From: a virus
Taxonomy: Duplodnaviria > Caudoviricetes
Reading direction: 5' to 3' (one strand)
IMG/VR virus record: IMGVR_UViG_3300031965_000080
Location: 1-40,450 of that record
DNA: 40,450 nucleotides
A program made the translations under genes and the position numbers. Each line of letters begins with the position of its first letter. Position 1 is the stretch's first letter. Of this stretch, positions 31,743 to 40,450 are shown piece by piece. The notes under the pieces are model-generated. The model made no database searches, was not told the origin of the DNA, and worked only from the letters and a program-made list of their open reading frames with translations.

Positions 31743-34006
31743 TCCAGATACTTGTTCAGGGCCAGGACCAGTTTTCGGGGACGGCCCAGAAGGTCAGCAC
31801 GGAGGCGCGGGGCTTGGGCGGAGCAATGGGCGGTCTGAAGACAACGATGATCGGTGTCGCGGCTGGCTTCATTGCGGCCCAGGTCGGGATGATGAGCGTT
31901 CAGAAAGTGCTCTCTTCCACCGTGGGGGCGGCGACGGCCTACGAGCACCAGCTAGCGGTGATCCGTGCCCTGACCGGGGCAACGAAGGGCGACACCGATA
32001 CCCTCAAAGTTGCCATCAAGGAAATGCAGAAGACCCTCCCGAAGAGCGCTGCTGAACTGGGGGCTGGCGCGTACTTCATCCTATCGTCTGGCATCAACGA
32101 TGTAGCCACCGCCACGAAGGTTCTGGAGCTCTCGGCGAAGGCGTCCACGATCGGCCTGGGCGAGACAGGCGTAGTGGCCAGCGTCCTTACCTCCATTATG
32201 AACGCCTACCAGCTCCAGGCGAAGGACGCGGCGAAGGCGACGGACACGCTGGTCAACATCGTCAAGTTGGGCAAGGGCGAGCCGACGGAGTTCGCAGGGG
32301 CGCTTGGCCGCGTCATTCCCATCGCGGCTCAGATGGGTATTGAATTTGAGCAGGTAGGCGCGGTGCTGGCGACGCTGACGAACACCGGCCTCTCTGCCGA
32401 GGAATCGGTAGTTGCCCTGCGCGGCATCATGGTACAAATCCTCAAGCCCACGGACGAGGCGCGGGAGGCGTTCGCCGCAATGGGCTTCGACGTTGTGGCG
32501 TTCCGCAAGGAACTTGATGAGAACTTCGTCGGGGCGATGGCGCGGCTCTCCCGATCTGTGGGTGATAACGAAGAGGCGTGGTCAACCCTGTTCCCTGAAG
32601 TGCGGGGCATGGTCGGCGTTATGGCGGCGTTCGGCAATCAGCTCCCGCAGACCGAGCAAAATCTAAAGGGCATAACCGACGGCGCGGGGGCACTGGAACA
32701 GGGATTCAAGGAAGTCTCTGAGACGACACAGTTCAAGCTCCAGAAGGCGATGAACGACCTGAACGTTCAGCTTCAAGAGTTGGGCACTACGGCGCTCCCT
32801 GCGGTGGGGGCACTGGTAAGTATCATTAATGATCTGGCAGTTGCGGCGGATGCTGCTGTTCATCCTGTGCGGTCACTCGGTGTAGCAATCGAATCAATCC
32901 CTGAGCGGGCACATAAGCCGTTCCTCGGCCTGTTCAGGGATGTGGAGATGACGGCGGAGAGCTTGGTCAACATGGGGCGTGACGCCCACCTGTCCCGGCA
33001 GGAGATTATGGAGTGGGGGGCGGAGGTTGGCCTAAGTGCCGAAGAAGTGCGTGAGGCGATGGGGGAAACCGGGGTGGCGAGCAGCAATTCCTTGCTGAAC
33101 ATGACGCGCGCCTCCGAAGAGGCGGGCTTTGCATGGAAGCAGATGGCGGGAATCGGGCGGCGTGAGGTCGTTCCTGGCCTAGAGGACATCGGGGTCGCCG
33201 CCGGGCAAACAAGCCAACTGTTTAAGGACTTTACTGGGGATGTCCGGGGTGGTCTGCGCTCCGTGATGCCGGAGGTAAACGAAAGTTTCAATGAGTGGAC
33301 GACACGGCTGACCGATCTAGGGCAGGACTACTCCACGATGGAGGGGAACCTGCAAACGATCATGGACGCCCTGGTCGGGCAGCATGTGCGCGGCGTCGAC
33401 GACATCATGGCCGTCGTGCGGGGCCAGGGGCCGGAGTTCGCCGCCGACTTCGCGCAGTGGTTCCGCGACGACCCCATCGCCGCGGCGCAGACGCTGCAGC
33501 AGGTGATGCCCGGCATCATGCGTCAGGCGGCGACGGAGGCGATCACCAACGTCGTGGCGGCCACCTCGCGGTTCAACGAGGAGTGGCAGAAGAACGTCAT
33601 CGGAGCCCTGAATAAACTGCCAGAGGAAAAGCGCATCAACATCATCGCCGACGTGGACCCGGAGCTGTGGCAGGCGGCGGCGATGGTGGAGCTCATGAAG
33701 ACGGGCCAGATACCGGTAGACGTTCTAGCTCTTGCGAGGGCGACGCCCCACGCCGCCGGCGGCACGGTGCGCTCGGCCCTCCAGATCGTCGGCGAGGAGG
33801 GGCCGGAGCTGGCCGCGCTGCCGATGGGGACGCGCATCTTCGACGCCGGGCAGACTCAGCAGATGCTTTCGGACGCAGGCGGCGGATCGGCCAGCGGTGG
33901 CAACACTTACGTCTTCAATTTCAGCGGCCCCGTCCTCGGCGACCAGTCGCAGGCGAACCAGCTTGTGCAGTGGATTCTCCCCTCGCTCAGGGGGGCGCTG
34001 CGGTGA
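31730..34006 (+). CDS. Tape measure protein (TP901-like core), 758 aa
   Basis: Helical Ala-rich; A....D.L...V..GK, GL.AE......R; C-terminal A.GG....VGEEGPEL. Confidence 0.92.
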   Translation: MANVVQILVQGQDQFSGTAQKVSTEARGLGGAMGGLKTTMIGVAAGFIAAQVGMMSVQKVLSSTVGAATAYEHQLAVIRALTGATKGDTDTLKVAIKEMQKTLPKSAAELGAGAYFILSSGINDVATATKVLELSAKASTIGLGETGVVASVLTSIMNAYQLQAKDAAKATDTLVNIVKLGKGEPTEFAGALGRVIPIAAQMGIEFEQVGAVLATLTNTGLSAEESVVALRGIMVQILKPTDEAREAFAAMGFDVVAFRKELDENFVGAMARLSRSVGDNEEAWSTLFPEVRGMVGVMAAFGNQLPQTEQNLKGITDGAGALEQGFKEVSETTQFKLQKAMNDLNVQLQELGTTALPAVGALVSIINDLAVAADAAVHPVRSLGVAIESIPERAHKPFLGLFRDVEMTAESLVNMGRDAHLSRQEIMEWGAEVGLSAEEVREAMGETGVASSNSLLNMTRASEEAGFAWKQMAGIGRREVVPGLEDIGVAAGQTSQLFKDFTGDVRGGLRSVMPEVNESFNEWTTRLTDLGQDYSTMEGNLQTIMDALVGQHVRGVDDIMAVVRGQGPEFAADFAQWFRDDPIAAAQTLQQVMPGIMRQAATEAITNVVAATSRFNEEWQKNVIGALNKLPEEKRINIIADVDPELWQAAAMVELMKTGQIPVDVLALARATPHAAGGTVRSALQIVGEEGPELAALPMGTRIFDAGQTQQMLSDAGGGSASGGNTYVFNFSGPVLGDQSQANQLVQWILPSLRGALR

Positions 34007-35889
34007 GCTTGATTTCCACGGTTAAATTCGACTCTACCAACGACGGCACTTACGAGATCGATGCCACCAGCAAGGTCATCTCCGGCCCCACAGTGGCGCT
34101 AGGACCAGGCCGTGGCACCTGTAGCCTCGTGCTGAACAACAGCGCTGGGACGTACAGCCCTCGCGGGGCGGGTACGCCTATACGCCCGCTCATGGGCGTA
34201 CAGGTCATCTCCGAGTCGCAGAACATCTATCACGGGTTTGTTTCCCGCGTATTCCAGGACCCGCGCGTCCCCGGGACGCTGACGGTGGAGTGCAAGGACT
34301 GGATGTGGGCGCTCTCGCGCATCGACGTGAGTATGCCGATGTCCCGCAACATCCGCTCGGACATCCTCGCGCACCGGATTGCGGACCTGGCCGAAGAAGG
34401 CGAGCTCGTCACCAACCCGCTGTTCAAGGAAGATCTGACTAACTGGTCGGGGATGCTGGGGGCGAGCCCCACGCGGGAAACGGATAGCCCGGAGTTCCAT
34501 GAGCCTGCCTGCATGGAAATCGATCTGGGGGCTGCTGATGCACCCTTCATGCGTGGGGCCACGAACTCAACGTGGGACGATATCGCTGAACTGCAGGGGA
34601 AGACGATAACAGCAGTCTGCTACATCATCGCGCCGCGCTCCAGCGATGTCGGCGAAACGTGGGAGCTGGAGATAGATGAGGGTGGTCCAGGTAGTGGCGA
34701 GACGGCCACGAGCGTGGTCCTCACCGCTGACTGGGAACGGGTCACGGTTAGCCGAAGCATTAATGCGGCTGCGACAAATGTCGGCATCCAGATACAGAGC
34801 GACACTGCCCCTGCCAATGCTCGCGCCCGTGTTGGCGTTGTCCATGCCTCGGCCAATGCGATCCCGCGTTCATTCGCCGTCCCCGGTAGCAGCGCCTTTG
34901 CTTATGTCGCGCCGCGCCGGGTGAAGGCCGCTGACGCTCTCAAGGAAGTGGCTGACAACGAACTGGGCGGGCTGATGTACGTGGACGAGTCGGGCAACCT
35001 GACCTTCGACACCCACACGCATCGCTGGGGTCAATCGGCTTCACTCACGTCACAGACGACGGTAGACGAATCAATGGTGGACTTGAGGTTGGAGGAGGAC
35101 GCTGAGGATTTGGTCGGTGAGGTGGAGATCGGTTACTCCAAGTGGGAGGTGGGCGAAGCGGGCTCCACCGTCTTCGAGCTGTTCCCGGTGCCGCGAGCTA
35201 TCGGCCCCAACGCGACTATCGTCATCGACATTGATTATGGGGCGCTGGTCAGGGACCACATCGTTCCCGTGGCGAACACGGACTACTTCATCCGTTCCCA
35301 GCCGCAGAGCGATAGCGCTGGGGCTGACGAGTCCGGCAACGTCACCCTGACCTTTGAGGACTTCGGGGAAGGCGCGCAAGCAACACTAGTCAACACCGTG
35401 GCTCGCACCGTCCACCTGACCAGCTTCGCGGTGCGCGGCACTCCCGTAAGGCTATCGAGCGACACGTCTCAGGAGACGTACACGCCGACGGGGGCACCCG
35501 CAGTCGTCTCGAAGTTGACCTATCGCTACGACTACCTGAGCAGCGCGGCGGCGGCGGAAACGTGGGCGCAGTACCTCGGAGACCGCTACGTCACCCAGCG
35601 GGAGCGGATTCCCGTCACGCTGGTCAACAAGACGGCGGCGCTCCAGACGCAGCAGACCACGCGGAAGATTTCGGACCGCGTGACGGTCACGAACAACAAC
35701 TCGGACCAGTCCACAAAACTGAACGGCGACTACTACATCGACTCGATCAGGCAGGAGTTCGCGTTCGGGGCGATGAGCCTGCGAACGATATGGGAGTGTT
35801 CGCCGGTAGATTCATTGTTCTGGATTCTGGGCACTGGCGAGTTGGAGGATGCCCAGACCCTAGCGACGACAACGGCGCTGGCCGCATAG
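34003..35889 (+). CDS. Tail hub/baseplate protein with an inserted carbohydrate-binding-like domain
   Basis: GTGA overlap; L.LNN..G.YSP, VTNPLFKEDL..W...LTADWERVTV insert, G.MYVDESGNLTF. Confidence 0.7.
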   Translation: MSLISTVKFDSTNDGTYEIDATSKVISGPTVALGPGRGTCSLVLNNSAGTYSPRGAGTPIRPLMGVQVISESQNIYHGFVSRVFQDPRVPGTLTVECKDWMWALSRIDVSMPMSRNIRSDILAHRIADLAEEGELVTNPLFKEDLTNWSGMLGASPTRETDSPEFHEPACMEIDLGAADAPFMRGATNSTWDDIAELQGKTITAVCYIIAPRSSDVGETWELEIDEGGPGSGETATSVVLTADWERVTVSRSINAAATNVGIQIQSDTAPANARARVGVVHASANAIPRSFAVPGSSAFAYVAPRRVKAADALKEVADNELGGLMYVDESGNLTFDTHTHRWGQSASLTSQTTVDESMVDLRLEEDAEDLVGEVEIGYSKWEVGEAGSTVFELFPVPRAIGPNATIVIDIDYGALVRDHIVPVANTDYFIRSQPQSDSAGADESGNVTLTFEDFGEGAQATLVNTVARTVHLTSFAVRGTPVRLSSDTSQETYTPTGAPAVVSKLTYRYDYLSSAAAAETWAQYLGDRYVTQRERIPVTLVNKTAALQTQQTTRKISDRVTVTNNNSDQSTKLNGDYYIDSIRQEFAFGAMSLRTIWECSPVDSLFWILGTGELEDAQTLATTTALAA

Positions 35890-35896
35890 GAGAGAC

Positions 35897-36397
35897 ATGG
35901 CTAACGATACCTGGACGGCCCCCGGCGACTGGACAACGAATGAAGTTGTCACCGCCGCCAAGCTCAACCAGCAGCTCCGCGATAACCTCTACGCTCTCTG
36001 GCTGGCGATCACCACTGGCAGCACTGCCATCACGGAGCGGTTCAGTTCTGGGGTCTACACGCCGACATTGACCAACGGTACGAACGTCGCTGCGTCCGGC
36101 GCTTATGAGTGCCAGTGGATGCGGATCGGGTCTGTGGTCGCCGTGAGCGGGAAGGCGGACATTGACCCCACCGCCTCTGCGACGATCACGAGCCTGGGCA
36201 TCGAGCTTCCCGTCGCCAGCAACTTCGCGGCCGGTCAGGACTGCGGTGGGGTGGGCGCGAGCTACAACTTGGGTACTGCCGGAGCCTTCGGCGCGATAGT
36301 GGCAGACCCCGACAATGACCGCGCGCTGTTGAACTTCTACGCTAACTCTCTGGCAAATCAGGGATGGTTCTTCACCTTCCAGTATCAGGTGATCTAA
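35897..36397 (+). CDS. Minor tail protein
   Basis: W...EVVTAAKLNQ..RDNL; YTPTLT...W.RIG.VV. Confidence 0.7.
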   Translation: MANDTWTAPGDWTTNEVVTAAKLNQQLRDNLYALWLAITTGSTAITERFSSGVYTPTLTNGTNVAASGAYECQWMRIGSVVAVSGKADIDPTASATITSLGIELPVASNFAAGQDCGGVGASYNLGTAGAFGAIVADPDNDRALLNFYANSLANQGWFFTFQYQVI

Positions 36398-37633
36398 TTG
36401 GCTGTGCCTAAACCCGACCCGTTCAAGCCTCAACCTGCGCGCAGGGAGTCTGGGGCTCGTAGCATTCGCGGCTCCAAGCTGGCTGAAGACCTGACTGCCA
36501 CCCCAGCGGCGCACACGCTGGACGGCCACACGGGCTCACTCACCAAGTCGCGCCTGAACAGCACAACTCTTGTTGAGGACGGTTCCGGGGTCCCGACCTA
36601 TGCCGCCGAGCAGAACACCCAGTACCGGGACATCGACACGGATAAGGTCTACATCAACACGGACGGCGTCACGACGTGGGCGGAGATCGGGACGGGCGCC
36701 GCTGCCACTACCTTCCTCGGCCTGACCGATACTCCCGCGTCCTACGCTGGGGAGACGGGCAAGGTAGCGGCGGTCAACGCGGGCGAGACGGCGCTGGAGT
36801 TCATCGCTGCGGGCGGCGGCGTCACAGACCACGGGGCGCTCACCGGCCTCACCGACGACGACCACACACAGTACCAGAAGGAGTCCGAGAAGGACGCGGC
36901 CAGCGGCTACGCTGGCCTGACCGCGGGCACCAAGCTCAACCTCGCCCAGATGCAGGAGGTCATGGCCCACGCCGACCTGACGGACGCTCCCGCCGACGCC
37001 CACCACGTCGCATATGTGGCTGCTGACCACGCCGCGCTGGGCGACTCTTCGCCCCACCACGCCGCCGCTACAGCATCAGGGGCTCATTCAGTGTTAGCAC
37101 AGGACATCCTTGCCGCCGCCGCCAGCGCAACGCTGGCCGCTCACGTCGAACTCGCCACCATCGCGGAGACGGACACCGGCACCGATGCGGTCAGGGTCGT
37201 GACGCCCGACGGTTTGGCGGGCTCCAACTACGGGGAGCGTGTCATCGGGATACTGGTCTCAGACCCCGGCGGCGACGCGCTCACGACAGGGGATACCAAG
37301 GCGATGGTGCGAATACCCTCGTCAATGACGGGGTTCTCGTTAGTAGAGGCCAACGCCTGCGTAACGACTGTTTCCTCGTCGGGGGCGGTGACGATTCAGG
37401 TGGCGAAATCCAGCAGGTCGTCGGCCACCGCAAGGGCGGCAAGTGTCGATATGCTGACCACCCCGATAACCATCGACGTATCTGAATTCGATAGCCTGGA
37501 CGCCGCAGGAGAAGCCGTGAAAAGCGATGGGTCGGAGGATGTGGTAACGGGGGATCAAATCCGTATTGACGTTGACGCTGCGGGGACAGGCGTAAAGGGC
37601 TTGTTCGTAGAACTCATCTTCAGGTTGCCGTAA
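36398..37633 (+). CDS. Tail fibre protein
   Basis: FLGLTDTPASY, DHGALTGLTDDDHTQY, VELAT.AET..GTD..R.VTP, GDQIRIDVD..GT..KGL.V. Confidence 0.75.
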   Translation: MAVPKPDPFKPQPARRESGARSIRGSKLAEDLTATPAAHTLDGHTGSLTKSRLNSTTLVEDGSGVPTYAAEQNTQYRDIDTDKVYINTDGVTTWAEIGTGAAATTFLGLTDTPASYAGETGKVAAVNAGETALEFIAAGGGVTDHGALTGLTDDDHTQYQKESEKDAASGYAGLTAGTKLNLAQMQEVMAHADLTDAPADAHHVAYVAADHAALGDSSPHHAAATASGAHSVLAQDILAAAASATLAAHVELATIAETDTGTDAVRVVTPDGLAGSNYGERVIGILVSDPGGDALTTGDTKAMVRIPSSMTGFSLVEANACVTTVSSSGAVTIQVAKSSRSSATARAASVDMLTTPITIDVSEFDSLDAAGEAVKSDGSEDVVTGDQIRIDVDAAGTGVKGLFVELIFRLP

Positions 37634-37809
37634 TGAAGTCTACTCGCAAGTACCGGCGCAACTGTCAACGTTGCGGGCACATCTACTGGTCGCCCGACGT
37701 GTTCGCTGGCGGCTCTTTCTGCTTCGTCCCCACCAAGGGGATCGGCTGGTGCTTGCACTGCCGCGAAGCGCATCCAAATGAGGCTGAGGAACTGGCGACA
37801 TGCGCCTGA
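37633..37809 (+). CDS. 58-aa zinc-finger protein (CQRC...CLHC)
   Basis: TAATG coupling to the fibre gene; not in the ORF track. Confidence 0.55.
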   Translation: MKSTRKYRRNCQRCGHIYWSPDVFAGGSFCFVPTKGIGWCLHCREAHPNEAEELATCA

Positions 37810-38567
37810 CCAACCTAGACCTCAGCGGCCGGACCATCGCGGGAGTCCCTTTCTCCTATGTAGGTGAATGCACCGGCACCGACATCAAGTGGGTCGGAGA
37901 TTGGCGGTTCGTCTCGTATTACAAAAACGACTTCCTTAGACCCGACTGGAGCGGGGCCCAGACCCGCCATTCGTACTCGCGATTCAACACGTTCACAGAC
38001 ATTACGGCCTCGCCGGACGTGGAGCTGTTAGACCATGAGCTGATAGCCGCGCTACTGGAGAAGGGCGTCTCCAGCCTGCCCCGAACTCACCGGCCAAAGG
38101 CGCAGCGCTTGATAGACGCGCTTGCGGTGGACAGGGCGCAGGGTCTTTACCTGGTGTCCTGGGGGAACCTCATCCCTGGTTACGTGGATTCGTTCTCGTC
38201 CAGGACCTTGGCTGCGAGCACGTTCCGCACCCTGGTAGGGGGTAGGGAGCACCTGGTAAAGCACCTCCTCAACACGGCGGACTCCGACCCCGCGATACCG
38301 AGCTGGCAGGAGGGCGAGCCCCTGACGGTGGAACGGGGGGTGAAGGTCTCCGAGTGGGGCATCGCTGCGGGAAGCCGCAAGGGAAGGTATCTGCGCCACT
38401 GGTCGCAGCTCCCTTCCACGAACCATGACCGCTTTGCGCTGGCCGCGATTCTGGAGGCTGAGATTCTGGCCGCTACGGGGCTGGAGATAACCCTCTACGT
38501 CCAGAGCATCCTCCCATGGCGGTGCAGCGTCATGGGGGGTAGGGGTGACAGGGGGAGGCTGGCGTGA
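37800..38567 (+). CDS. Hypothetical protein
   Basis: GAGG RBS; coupled to the next gene. Confidence 0.55.
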   Translation: MRLTNLDLSGRTIAGVPFSYVGECTGTDIKWVGDWRFVSYYKNDFLRPDWSGAQTRHSYSRFNTFTDITASPDVELLDHELIAALLEKGVSSLPRTHRPKAQRLIDALAVDRAQGLYLVSWGNLIPGYVDSFSSRTLAASTFRTLVGGREHLVKHLLNTADSDPAIPSWQEGEPLTVERGVKVSEWGIAAGSRKGRYLRHWSQLPSTNHDRFALAAILEAEILAATGLEITLYVQSILPWRCSVMGGRGDRGRLA

Positions 38568-40021
38568 CGATGAAGGGCGCGTGCGGGGGCGAGGAGAGCG
38601 TGATCGACAACTCTCTCGGAGCGGGGATGTGGTCTGGCATCGCCGGCGTCACCATCAGCGGCCTTGCGGGTAATCGTTTTACGGGGAACTACGGCTTTAT
38701 CACCAGCAGGGGGGCGGCCGCTGGAACCGCCCCCGGCGGGGATGGCCCGAACACCTCATGGGGTATGTGGAGCTACTGGTCTAAGCCCTGGCCTGGGAAC
38801 AACGGCACCTTCCACGAGGAGTTTCTACTGGCCTCCGACGGCGCGGGGCAGCAGCGCATTGCGGGCTGGAAGAAGAACGGGACTGCCTACTCTCTTGTCC
38901 TGTTCAGCGAAGCTATCAACGGCGTCATCCTCGCCGAGTCCACGAACACCTGCGCCTTTAACACTGGGGTCATGGTCAAGTGGGAGTTCGACAACGGCGT
39001 GTGGAACCTCTGGTCGGACATCGGCACTCCTGGAACAATCGCCCTGGAAATCAACGCCTATGACGACAGCGCCGTATTCGGCACTACCATGACCAACGGC
39101 CCTTTGATGGACCTCGCCTCCCGCACTAACGAGAGCAAGGGCACCAGCGGCCCCATCTTCGACGACTGCCTGTTCTGGGACGACACGGGCGACAACTGGA
39201 ACAGCCGGATAGCGATGGCGGACTTCCCGCGCATCTCCGCCGCCCACATGCCGGACGGGACAGACGACTCAGAGGGCGGCATCTACGACGCCGAGATAGA
39301 TGAGGTGCCCGCTGAGGCTCGATTTGACAGCAGCAACGCCAGCGCAACGCCGACGTTCACGGCTACCACGATGACGGACACGCAGGAGGGGTGGGGGGTG
39401 GACGCCATGATTGGGAAGGTCGTACACGCTCAGAGCACAGGCGGGGCCGAGTCCATGCTGATTACGAGCAACACCGCCGACACCCTCACGGGCACGGCGG
39501 GGTGGAAGGGTACGGGGGGCACTCCCACGAACGGTAATGCGTGGGTTATGACGGAGACCGCCAAGAACGCCGCCGAGGTTACGGGCTACTGGGCGACCTA
39601 CCCCTCTTTGGACACGGCCTGCCCCATCGAGGGAGGGACGGTAGACCTCACGACTCAGTTCATACAGGCGTTGATGATAACCCACGGCGCCGTCTACTCG
39701 CCCTCCTCTGTCTCGCTCTCCGTCTACAACATCTACGAGGGCGGTGTTCTGTACGCCGATTCCGAGGATGCGGTAGTGCAGATAGGCGCAACCTCGGCGA
39801 GCATCCCCACCTTCGCCAACTACGCGGGGTACTTCCCCTGGACGCCTGGGGCGGAGGCCAACTGGACTCCCACCAACTTCGCGGCCTGTCACTACGGGTC
39901 TAACCTCAACCCTTACTACCGCACCGACCAGCAGACCGTACAGGTCATCTTTTTCGGCTCAGCCTTTGAGTGGACTGCGCCGGCGGCTTCGACGTTCAAG
40001 CCGCGCGTGATATGTTTCTAG
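38564..40021 (+). CDS. Putative receptor-binding / structural protein (lectin-like beta domains)
   Basis: Gly/Thr/Trp-rich; IFDD..FWD, ITSNTADTLT, P.....WT motifs seen in virion proteins. Confidence 0.55.
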   Translation: MTMKGACGGEESVIDNSLGAGMWSGIAGVTISGLAGNRFTGNYGFITSRGAAAGTAPGGDGPNTSWGMWSYWSKPWPGNNGTFHEEFLLASDGAGQQRIAGWKKNGTAYSLVLFSEAINGVILAESTNTCAFNTGVMVKWEFDNGVWNLWSDIGTPGTIALEINAYDDSAVFGTTMTNGPLMDLASRTNESKGTSGPIFDDCLFWDDTGDNWNSRIAMADFPRISAAHMPDGTDDSEGGIYDAEIDEVPAEARFDSSNASATPTFTATTMTDTQEGWGVDAMIGKVVHAQSTGGAESMLITSNTADTLTGTAGWKGTGGTPTNGNAWVMTETAKNAAEVTGYWATYPSLDTACPIEGGTVDLTTQFIQALMITHGAVYSPSSVSLSVYNIYEGGVLYADSEDAVVQIGATSASIPTFANYAGYFPWTPGAEANWTPTNFAACHYGSNLNPYYRTDQQTVQVIFFGSAFEWTAPAASTFKPRVICF

Positions 40022-40029
40022 GAGGAACC

Positions 40030-40260
40030 ATGTGCCGTAATCTCTGGACTCTGTGGGCCCTGTCAGTGGCCTTTGGCTGCCTGGTGGGGCTAGCGGTGGC
40101 CAATCGCATCCTGTTGGCCCTTGACGCGCAGCAGGAGGCCGCACGGAGGCGCACAGAGGAGGATGTTACGCGCGAAACAGCCTGGCTCGTGGCGGACTCT
40201 GCGCGGAATGGTATCGTGTTTGAGCGCGACGGCGGGGCCTACGTCGCGGAGCGAAATTAA
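40030..40260 (+). CDS. Single-TM protein preceding the endolysin
   Basis: AGGAGG RBS; N-terminal hydrophobic helix. Confidence 0.6.
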   Translation: MCRNLWTLWALSVAFGCLVGLAVANRILLALDAQQEAARRRTEEDVTRETAWLVADSARNGIVFERDGGAYVAERN

Positions 40261-40450
40261 TGTCAAAGTATCCCGACGCCATCTGGCAGCCCACCCCCAA
40301 GATGGGCTACCCATCCACCAACATCCACCTCGGAGAGGGTGTCGTCATCCACTCCGCCGAAGGGTCTTACGCTTCCGCGATGGCCGTCCTCGCGGGCCCG
40401 AGGGAGGCGTCGTGGCACTTCTTTGTCTGCAAGGACGGGACTGTTTACCA
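40260..40450 (+). CDS. Endolysin, N-acetylmuramoyl-L-alanine amidase (Amidase_2-like), 5' part; continues across the junction to 611
   Basis: ATG 40260 overlaps the upstream TAA and reads MSKYPDAIWQPTPKMGYPSTNIHLGEGVVIHSAEG, in frame with ORF 57..611; VVIH is the first Zn-ligand motif. Confidence 0.85.
   Translation, partial: MSKYPDAIWQPTPKMGYPSTNIHLGEGVVIHSAEGSYASAMAVLAGPREASWHFFVCKDGTVY
40324..40450. repeat. Terminal direct repeat, right copy
   Basis: Identical to 1-127. Confidence 0.95.

Noticed and set aside
33667-34002. Long N-terminal extensions in the ORF track (also 12105, 13606, 26805, 28572)
   Set aside because: They overlap upstream genes; coupled GTGA/ATGA starts downstream are more plausible.
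35897-40021. Diversity-generating retroelement or invertible tail-fibre cassette
   Set aside because: No reverse transcriptase, no template/variable repeat pair and no flanking inverted repeats were noticed.
40324-40450. 127-bp terminal repeat as a biological direct terminal repeat
   Set aside because: It falls mid-gene and matches a common assembler k-mer length, so it indicates a circular assembly rather than the physical genome ends.

Overview
The window is an apparently complete, circularly permuted genome of a tailed dsDNA phage. Bases 1-127 repeat exactly at 40324-40450, so the unit length is 40,323 bp and the endolysin gene spans the junction. It is GC-rich and siphovirus-like: HK97-type head, tape measure, no sheath. 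Layout: lysis (40030-1520, across the junction); a catalytic-domain-only tyrosine recombinase; an early/replication region (2173-14570) with many small Cys-rich proteins, HNH nucleases, an HTH initiator with internal iterons, two RusA genes, a lytic transglycosylase and an N4/N6 DNA methyltransferase; two short leftward operons (14616-15916); packaging and head genes (16585-26147); a glycosyltransferase plus SAM methyltransferase; and tail genes (27595-40021). Two small proteins resemble Dehalococcoidia (Chloroflexota) families, which is an inferred host hint only. The most interesting signals are: (1) a portal-MuF protein ending in a Com-like zinc finger, just upstream of a promoter and attenuator-like leader RNA controlling the capsid operon; (2) an HNH gene embedded in an array of long stem-loops that includes a miniature tRNA-like cloverleaf; (3) repeated gene-boundary blocks suggesting cassette shuffling; (4) two paralogous zinc-ribbon mini-proteins, each in an operon behind a strong promoter, in a phage with no recognisable CI/Cro; (5) a candidate virion glycosylation module. 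All family calls come from motif recognition by eye, not from database searches.
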